24,000 nt of DNA from Flavobacteriaceae bacterium. GTDB lineage: Bacteria > Bacteroidota > Bacteroidia > Flavobacteriales > Flavobacteriaceae. This document shows, piece by piece, positions 18,239-24,000 of the stretch. The notes beneath the pieces are model-generated. The model was given only the letters and a program-made list of their open reading frames with translations. It was not told where the DNA came from and did no database searches. The DNA lies in the NCBI GenBank assembly GCA_965212595.1, contig CBDBVE010000009.1, positions 295,939 to 319,938 on the forward strand, written 5' to 3'. Within the stretch, counting starts at the first letter, position 1, and every line of letters starts with the position of its first letter. The position numbers and the translations under genes were made by a program.

Positions 18239-18715
18239 TTATTCTGCGATAAGCTCTCTTACTTTTTGATAGACAAGGTGACTTTCCCAGCCCCGATATA
18301 GTAGATAATCTGCCAGTTTTTTTCTTCTTTTTTGCAAATTGCGGTCTTTTATTTGAATTATACGCTTCCTTGCCAATTGGTCTAAAGTTTTTTGATAATC
18401 TTCCTCCTCAATCTCTCTAAGTGCTATTTTGATATTAAATTCTGAAATATGTCGAGCTTTTAAGGCTGAGATTATCCGTTGTTTGCCCCAGTGTTTGACT
18501 CTAAATTTCCCGCGGGTATACACTTTGGCAAAGCGCTCTTCATTGAGATAGTTTTCGGTGATAAGAAGTCCCATAATTTGATCTATTGCATCGGGTATCA
18601 TTCGCATCTCTCTCAGTTTGTCCTTTACTTCTTTATGGCATCGTTCCTGATAGGCACAATAGCGCTTTATTTTTTTGGTTGCCTCGCTGAGGGTATACGT
18701 CTTCTGCGAATTCAT
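18239..18715 (-). CDS. recX: regulatory protein RecX
   Basis: 158 aa, helical-repeat protein. The pattern (YCAYQERCHKEV..KL...........I...L..E.YLNEERFA..Y.R.K....WGK.RI...L) is typical of RecX. Confidence 0.8.
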   Translation of the reverse strand: MNSQKTYTLSEATKKIKRYCAYQERCHKEVKDKLREMRMIPDAIDQIMGLLITENYLNEERFAKVYTRGKFRVKHWGKQRIISALKARHISEFNIKIALREIEEEDYQKTLDQLARKRIIQIKDRNLQKRRKKLADYLLYRGWESHLVYQKVRELIAE

Positions 18716-18773
18716 GGAATGAAAATAATAAAAGGAATTAGATCGTTAAACACGACAATATTATTTTAAAGCC

Positions 18774-18809
18774 AAAAAAAAAGCGACCCCTTTTCTGAAG
18801 TCGCTTTTT
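18774..18809 (-). terminator. Intrinsic terminator after the RNase E/G gene
   Basis: AAGCGAC (18781-18787) pairs with GTCGCTT (18800-18806), with A9 on the left and T5 on the right. On the minus strand the hairpin is followed by U9, directly after the stop at 18815. Confidence 0.8.
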
Positions 18810-18814
18810 AGCTA

Positions 18815-20362
18815 TTATCTTATATTTTTACCGTCCTTATCTTTAAAACGGTACTCGAGATACGTATATGCATCCCTGGGTTGAATTTTTATCCACTTTT
18901 TATGTTCCAAGAACCACTTGGATCTTATGGATGGGAATCCTTTTAAAAGGTAAGCCGCAATAAAGGGGTGTGTATTTAGTATAATTCCTTTATCTCTTGA
19001 ACGCCCTTTCATGATCCTTTCCAGATCGGCGTTTATTTTGTCAATTAAAAGAATAGGAGCATCAATTTCCTGGCCATTGCCACTGGGGTTCTCCTCGGTT
19101 GTTTTAATATTGACTTCGGGCCTAACTCGCTGTCTTGTAATTTGTATAAGACCAAACTTGCTTGGTGGCAATATTTTATGTTTGGCTCTGTCATCTTTCA
19201 TTTCATCTCTAAGATGATCAAAAAGTTTCCTTCTGTGGTCTGGCTTTACCATGTCTATAAAATCTACCACGATAATTCCGCCCATATCACGCAATCTCAA
19301 TTGCCGTGCAATCTCTGAGGCAGCCAGAAGGTTAACTTCTAATGCAGTATCTTCCTGGTTTTTGGCTTTGTTGGAACGGTTACCACTATTTACGTCAATG
19401 ACGTGAAGGGCTTCCGTATGTTCAATGATCAAATAAGCTCCCTTACTCATGGAAGCAGTACGACCAAAGGACGTTTTAATTTGCCGCTCAATTCCGAATT
19501 TTTCAAAAATCGGAACAGAAGAATTATACAATTTTACAATGGATTCCTTAGCGGGTGCAATCTCATGCACATAATCTTTAATTTGGCTATAAAGCGTCTC
19601 GTCATCTACATGAATGCCCGTAAAGCTATCATCAAAGACATCTCTTAGGATGGATGAAGCTCTGTTGAGCTCTACCAGTACTTTAGATGGGGTAGGTGCT
19701 TTATACAATTTCTTACACATTGCTGACCATTTGTTCAGCAAGTTTTGAAGATCTTTATCCAGCTCCGCGACTTTTTTGCCTTCTGCTACTGTCCTAATAA
19801 TTACTCCAAATCCTTTCGGCTTAATACTTTTTACAAGTCTTTTAAGACGGTCTTTTTCTTCTTTGCTTCCTATTTTTTGAGAAACAGAAACTCGATCAGA
19901 AAATGGAACCATAACAAGATATCGTCCGGCTATAGAAAGCTCCGAACTTATTCTAGGTCCTTTGGTAGAAATGGGTTCTTTTACAATTTGTACTAATAAA
20001 GACTGATTGGCCTTGATTACATTATTAATGGAACCATGCTTATCAATGTCTTTTTCAAATGGAAAATTTTTAAGGGAATAGTCTCTTAACCTTCCCGTAC
20101 TTACTTTTTTAATGAATTTTAACATGGAGGACAACTGCGGCCCAAGGTCATGGTAATGAAGAAAGGCATCTTTCTCATAACCTACATTTACAAATGCTGC
20201 ATTAAGACCTGTTACGGGTTTTCGCACTTTGGCGAGTAGAATATCGCCAACATTAAAATTATTATCGTCCTCATCTTTGTGTAATTCAATGAGTTTTCCA
20301 TCCTTTAGCAGGGCAAAATCGACAGTGTCTGAATTAGATCTTACGATTAATTCTCTATTCAC
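18815..20362 (-). CDS. rng: Rne/Rng family ribonuclease (RNase G/E-like)
   Basis: S1 domain (GDILLAKVRKPVTGLNAAFVNVGYEKDAFLH), the catalytic DNase-I-like region (ALHVIDVNSG) and GGIIVVDFIDM. GTG 20362 (VNRELIVRSNS...) matches typical N-termini. The track start at TTG 20410 adds 16 atypical residues. Confidence 0.88.
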   Translation of the reverse strand: MNRELIVRSNSDTVDFALLKDGKLIELHKDEDDNNFNVGDILLAKVRKPVTGLNAAFVNVGYEKDAFLHYHDLGPQLSSMLKFIKKVSTGRLRDYSLKNFPFEKDIDKHGSINNVIKANQSLLVQIVKEPISTKGPRISSELSIAGRYLVMVPFSDRVSVSQKIGSKEEKDRLKRLVKSIKPKGFGVIIRTVAEGKKVAELDKDLQNLLNKWSAMCKKLYKAPTPSKVLVELNRASSILRDVFDDSFTGIHVDDETLYSQIKDYVHEIAPAKESIVKLYNSSVPIFEKFGIERQIKTSFGRTASMSKGAYLIIEHTEALHVIDVNSGNRSNKAKNQEDTALEVNLLAASEIARQLRLRDMGGIIVVDFIDMVKPDHRRKLFDHLRDEMKDDRAKHKILPPSKFGLIQITRQRVRPEVNIKTTEENPSGNGQEIDAPILLIDKINADLERIMKGRSRDKGIILNTHPFIAAYLLKGFPSIRSKWFLEHKKWIKIQPRDAYTYLEYRFKDKDGKNIR

Positions 20363-20473
20363 CTGAATCGATTTATATTCGCCTGATATACAGACGAATG
20401 GATTAAACAATTAATATAACAGGTTGTATAACCTGTCGAAATCCTTTTGTTGAATTTCTATGTCAATGAACGT

Positions 20474-20508
20474 ATAAAACGAAAAAGTAGTTAATGTAAC
20501 TACTTTTT
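20474..20508 (-). terminator. Intrinsic terminator after the bS22-like ORF
   Basis: Perfect 12-bp stem AAAAAGTAGTTA (20482-20493), ATG loop, TAACTACTTTTT (20497-20508). On the minus strand the GC-containing core is followed by UUUUUCGUUUU. The stop codon lies inside the stem. Confidence 0.75.
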
Positions 20509-20589
20509 CTTATGACGGTTAGCTCTCCTTCGCTTTTTTCGCTTGTGGGTAGCTACCTTATGTCTTTTTCTTTTTTTACCACTCGGCAT
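20500..20589 (-). CDS. 29-aa highly basic peptide, bS22-like small ribosomal protein (AURKAIP1/COX24-like family)
   Basis: Hand translation of the minus strand gives ATG at 20589-20587, MPSGKKRKRHKVATHKRKKRRRANRHKKK, and TAG at 20502-20500. It is 21 nt downstream of HU and followed by a strong terminator. It is below the ORF-track length cutoff. Confidence 0.7.
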   Translation of the reverse strand: MPSGKKRKRHKVATHKRKKRRRANRHKKK

Positions 20590-20610
20590 ACAGTATTACT
20601 TTTCCAATTA

Positions 20611-20901
20611 TTATTTTACTTGTACGTTGCTTTTTACGCCTTCAACAAAAACTTTTGCCGGTTTGAATGCTGGAATGTTATGAGCAGGAATTTTAATTGT
20701 GGTATTTTTAGAAATATTTCTACCAGTCTTCTCCGCTCTTGTTTTAATAATAAAACTGCCAAAGCCTCTCAAGTATACATTATCACCATTCTCCAGTGAA
20801 GATTTAACTTCTTCCATAAAAGTTTCAACAGTCGCTTGTACGTCTCCCTTTTCAATTCCCAGTTTTTCTGAGATCTTTGATACAATATCCGCTTTCGTCA
20901 T
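20611..20901 (-). CDS. hup: HU family DNA-binding protein
   Basis: 96 aa. Matches HU/IHF at MTKADIVSKISEK.G..K.DV...VE.F...V...L..G..V.LRGFGSF..K.RA.K.GRN..........IPA...P.FKP. Confidence 0.93.
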   Translation of the reverse strand: MTKADIVSKISEKLGIEKGDVQATVETFMEEVKSSLENGDNVYLRGFGSFIIKTRAEKTGRNISKNTTIKIPAHNIPAFKPAKVFVEGVKSNVQVK

Positions 20902-20938
20902 TTTAAAATTTTAGTTTATTGTAAGTTTTTCAGGCTTG

Positions 20939-20946
20939 CAAATATA
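20939..20946 (-). promoter_or_regulatory. Bacteroidetes-type -7 promoter box (TATATTTG) for HU and the bS22-like ORF
   Basis: Perfect TAnnTTTG on the minus strand, about 37 nt upstream of the HU ATG. Confidence 0.5.
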
Positions 20947-21026
20947 TAAATATTATTCAATCTTTTCTCTTAATGAACTAATTTTAAGTATATAAACTGT
21001 TACTTTTAGCCCTTAGTATTCAGTAT

Positions 21027-22073
21027 ATGTATTTTTCTAAGAAAATTCTGCTCTGGTACGCTGAGCACAAGCGGCAACTTCCCTGGAGAAATACCACAGA
21101 TCCATACAAAATATGGCTATCCGAAATAATGCTGCAACAAACTCGTGTTGCACAGGGAATACCCTATTATCATAAGTTCATAGAAAATTTTCCAGCCGTG
21201 GAAGACCTTGCCGAAGCTAGTGAAGACAAGGTGCTAAAGCTCTGGCAAGGACTGGGATATTACTCCAGAGCGAGAAACCTACACCAAACGGCGAAGGTAA
21301 TCGCCTATGAATATGAGGGAGCTTTTCCTGATACTTATCAAGAGTTATTAAAGCTCAAAGGAATTGGAGATTATACGGCCAGCGCCATTGCTTCAATAAG
21401 TTTTGACCGCCCTGAACCTGTAGTGGATGGAAATGTTTACAGAGTGTTAGCGCGGTATTTTGGAGTAGACCTTCCGATAAATAGCAGCGGCGGAATAAAG
21501 TATTTTAAAGAACTTGCCCGAGAGGTGATGGATAGGAAGAACATCAGAGACTACAATCAGGGCTTAATGGAGTTTGGCGCGCTACAATGTGCCCCAAAGA
21601 AACCGTATTGTCTTCACTGCCCTCTGAATACAAGTTGTGTAGCCCTCCAACAAAATAAAATTGACCGCTTTCCTGTAAAGCTAAAAAAAGCGAAAATCAA
21701 AAATCGCTTTTTTAATTATTTGGTGCTTTTAGATCCGGAGAACAAAACGCTTTTAAGGCAAAGAACCGGAAAGGGAATATGGCAGAATTTATTCGAATTC
21801 CCACTCCTGGAAACCTCATATGAAATTGACAAGACCGAACTGCTAAAGCAGCTTCCCCCAGATGGCATATATCAAAATTGCCTGAATATTACCCAGGCGA
21901 ATGCTAAAACCATAGTTCATAAGCTATCGCATCAACACTTGCATACCCGCTTTTGGATCCTAAAGATTCCTGAGAACCTTAGAGATGGAATAGACCCAGA
22001 AGATCTGGAAAGTTATGCTGTTCCGGTACTGATAGCAGACTTCATTAAAACGCTTAAAAATTCGTATTTTTGA
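21027..22073 (+). CDS. mutY: A/G-specific adenine DNA glycosylase
   Basis: 348 aa. HhH-GPD region (LKGIGDYTASAI), a 4Fe-4S loop (C-x6-C-x2-C-x5-C: CAPKKPYCLHCPLNTSC) and a C-terminal NUDIX-like domain. A near-consensus -7 box (TACTTTTA) lies at 21001-21008. Confidence 0.93.
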   Translation: MYFSKKILLWYAEHKRQLPWRNTTDPYKIWLSEIMLQQTRVAQGIPYYHKFIENFPAVEDLAEASEDKVLKLWQGLGYYSRARNLHQTAKVIAYEYEGAFPDTYQELLKLKGIGDYTASAIASISFDRPEPVVDGNVYRVLARYFGVDLPINSSGGIKYFKELAREVMDRKNIRDYNQGLMEFGALQCAPKKPYCLHCPLNTSCVALQQNKIDRFPVKLKKAKIKNRFFNYLVLLDPENKTLLRQRTGKGIWQNLFEFPLLETSYEIDKTELLKQLPPDGIYQNCLNITQANAKTIVHKLSHQHLHTRFWILKIPENLRDGIDPEDLESYAVPVLIADFIKTLKNSYF

Positions 22074-22088
22074 CCCAACATTAAAGTT

Positions 22089-22565
22089 ATGAGCGGGACA
22101 TTAAATAAAGTGATGCTGATTGGGCATCTTGGAGACGAGGTTAAAATGCACTATTTCGAAGGTGGAAACTGTATCGGGCGCTTTCCTGTCGCCACCAATG
22201 AGACCTATACCAACAGGCAAAGTGGCGAAAAGGTTACAAATACAGAGTGGCATAATGTGGTAGTAAGGAACAAGGCCGCTGAAATATGCGAAAAGTATTT
22301 GAGTAAGGGTGATAAGATATACGTAGAAGGCCGTCTAAAAACAAGGCAATGGCAAGGCGAAGATGGAAATACCCGTTATAGTACGGAAATTCACGTGCAG
22401 GATTTCACCTTTTTATCTACTAAAAAGGAAGGCCAGGTTAGCAATCAACCCCCTGGGCCTACCCCATCATCGGGCACACCCCAGCAAAGCACCCCGCAAC
22501 AGAGCACCCCGCAAGAAGTACAACCTGCAAGCGAAACCGAGCAGGATGATGACCTTCCTTTCTAA
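22089..22565 (+). CDS. ssb: single-stranded DNA-binding protein
   Basis: 158 aa. OB fold (LNKVMLIGHLG.....Y...G..........T......G....TEWH.VV), a P/Q/S/T-rich linker and the acidic tip DDDLPF. Confidence 0.96.
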   Translation: MSGTLNKVMLIGHLGDEVKMHYFEGGNCIGRFPVATNETYTNRQSGEKVTNTEWHNVVVRNKAAEICEKYLSKGDKIYVEGRLKTRQWQGEDGNTRYSTEIHVQDFTFLSTKKEGQVSNQPPGPTPSSGTPQQSTPQQSTPQEVQPASETEQDDDLPF

Positions 22566-22586
22566 GAGTGAAAAAATTTACAACGA

Positions 22587-23915
22587 TTGGACCCTGACCC
22601 CTTTAGTTTTTTATTGAATTTTGCGGTTCCGGATGGTGGTTTTATAGCAAAAATCATTTTCTTGCTGGTGCTTTTAGCCTGCTCTGCAGTGATTTCGGGT
22701 GCTGAGGTGGCCTTTTTTGGACTTTCTCAAACCGATATTAACGAAATTGACGAGGAAAAAACAGTACGTGGGAGTATCGTCGTGAAATTACTGGAACGAC
22801 CCAAAAAGCTACTGGCCACCATACTCATTGCCAATAACGCCATTAATATTGGCATCGTTCTTCTATTTAATACCATAGGGGACACTATTTTTTCTTCAAT
22901 TAACTATAGGCTCTTGGGGTTGGTTTCTGTTCGCTTTCTACTAGAAGTGGTGGTTGCAACTTTCCTCATCTTAATGTTTGGAGAAATACTACCTAAAATT
23001 TACGCAAATAGAAACCGTAAAATGTTCACACATTTTATGGCCTATCCGCTTAAAGTCCTGGACGTATTTTTGACTCCCCTAAGCGGGCCGATGCGCAAGG
23101 TAACCCTGCTCATGCATGAAAGGCTTGGAAGGCAAAAATCTAATCTTAGTGTTGATCATCTCTCACAGGCGCTGGAATTAACTTCTGAAGGAGACACCAC
23201 CAAAGAAGAGCAGAAAATTCTAGAAGGGATTGTCTCATTTGGGAATACGGATACCAAGCAGGTGATGCGCCCGAGAATTGATATTTTTGCTCTAAGTGAA
23301 GACATGAAGTTTCCCGAAGTCTTGGAGGAGATAAGAAATCATGGTTTTTCCCGAATTCCTGTCTTTTCAGAAAATATGGACAATGTGGTTGGTGTATTAT
23401 ATGTAAAAGACTTGTTGCCCTATATTGACAGGAAGACTTTTAATTGGGCATCGCTGATACGAGATCCATACTTCGTCCCAGAAAACAAAAAACTAGATGA
23501 CCTGCTTCTTGAATTTAAGGATAAAAAGAACCACTTGGCGGTGGTTGTTGATGAATACGGCGGAACATCCGGAATTGTTACTCTAGAAGATATCATCGAA
23601 GAGATCGTTGGAGACATTAGCGATGAGTTTGACGATGAGGACCTTATTTTCTCTAAGTTAGATGATCATACCTATGTGTTTGAGGGAAAAACAACATTGA
23701 AGGATTTTTATCGTGTGGCGAAAATTGAAGATGAAGAAGATTTTGAAGAACAAAAAGGGGAGTCAGAAACTATCGCCGGATTCATTCTTGAGATTTCCGG
23801 AAGTTTTCCAAAACGAGGAGAAAATGTGAAGTTTAAGAACTATCAATTCACCGTTGAGAGCCTGGATAAAAAACGCTTAAAGCAAATTAAAATAACACTA
23901 CCACATGCGTCTTAA
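22587..23915 (+). CDS. gldE: gliding motility-associated protein GldE (CNNM/DUF21 + CBS pair + CorC_HlyC domain membrane protein)
   Basis: 442 aa. N-terminal DUF21 TM domain, a CBS pair (VMRPRIDIFAL...GFSRIPVF...VVGVLYVKDLL) and a CorC/HlyC C-terminal domain. It lies immediately upstream of, and overlaps, a gldD-like lipoprotein start. TTG start. Confidence 0.8.
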   Translation: MDPDPFSFLLNFAVPDGGFIAKIIFLLVLLACSAVISGAEVAFFGLSQTDINEIDEEKTVRGSIVVKLLERPKKLLATILIANNAINIGIVLLFNTIGDTIFSSINYRLLGLVSVRFLLEVVVATFLILMFGEILPKIYANRNRKMFTHFMAYPLKVLDVFLTPLSGPMRKVTLLMHERLGRQKSNLSVDHLSQALELTSEGDTTKEEQKILEGIVSFGNTDTKQVMRPRIDIFALSEDMKFPEVLEEIRNHGFSRIPVFSENMDNVVGVLYVKDLLPYIDRKTFNWASLIRDPYFVPENKKLDDLLLEFKDKKNHLAVVVDEYGGTSGIVTLEDIIEEIVGDISDEFDDEDLIFSKLDDHTYVFEGKTTLKDFYRVAKIEDEEDFEEQKGESETIAGFILEISGSFPKRGENVKFKNYQFTVESLDKKRLKQIKITLPHAS

Positions 23916-24000
23916 GCTGAGTTTTCTCTTCCTGATGTTAATTTGTTTCTCCTCCTGTGGAGAAAATTCAATTCCTAAACCTAAGGCGATGTTACGTCTT
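23905..24000 (+). CDS. gldD: gliding motility lipoprotein GldD, 5' end (partial, runs off the right edge)
   Basis: ATG 23905 overlaps the gldE end by 11 nt. MRLKLSFLFLMLICFSSCGENSIPKPKAMLRL has a lipoprotein signal with an FSSC lipobox, and the PKPK..LRL motif is what I recall at GldD N-termini. Confidence 0.65.
   Translation, partial: MRLKLSFLFLMLICFSSCGENSIPKPKAMLRL

Noticed and set aside
20512-20799. 95-aa + strand ORF (MTVSSPSLFSL...)
   Set aside because: It is antisense to the well-supported HU gene and the bS22-like ORF, has a low-complexity F/L/S-rich translation, and has no promoter context.
22470-22520. Short tandem repeat (GCACCCCGCAACAGA-like units, encoding STPQQ STPQQ STPQE)
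   Set aside because: This is the usual low-complexity intrinsically disordered linker of SSB, not an independent repeat element.
22363-22617. 84-aa + strand ORF overlapping the ssb 3' end and the gldE start
   Set aside because: It is an alternative frame of the repetitive P/Q/S/T linker of ssb. The ssb frame ends in the canonical DDDLPF tip, so that frame is the real one.

Overview
This is a chromosomal, mostly housekeeping window that looks like a Flavobacteriia (Bacteroidota) genome. Three things support that: the adjacent gliding-motility genes gldE and gldD, Bacteroidetes-type TAnnTTTG -7 promoter boxes with no Shine-Dalgarno sequences, and a tiny bS22-like ribosomal protein gene. All family calls come from reading motifs in the translations by eye; no searches were run.

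Gene order: partial unknown CDS, glmS, an orphan TonB-dependent receptor, atpD-atpC, (minus strand) M61 peptidase-GNAT, then a dispersed biotin locus, (minus) recX, (minus) RNase E/G, (minus) HU plus a 29-aa bS22-like ORF that is absent from the ORF track, mutY, ssb, gldE, and the start of gldD. The biotin locus runs bioF, DUF2007/zinc-ribbon ORF, bioD, (minus) GT-C glycosyltransferase, bioA, (minus) Coa1-like membrane protein, KAS I/II-like condensing enzyme, bioB, JmjC-type cupin oxygenase.

I saw no tRNA or rRNA genes, CRISPR arrays, transposases or integrases.

The best candidate for something undescribed is the biotin locus. All four ring-assembly genes (bioF, bioA, bioD, bioB) are present, but no recognisable pimeloyl-thioester supply gene (bioC, bioH, bioG, bioW, bioI, or the FabH-like bioZ) is. 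Instead, a stand-alone Cys-His-His ketoacyl synthase sits directly upstream of bioB and a JmjC 2-oxoglutarate oxygenase directly downstream. The KAS and bioB promoters share a near-identical TAAGAAC-N3-TATTTTTG architecture, and at bioB this is embedded in a perfect 14-bp palindrome.
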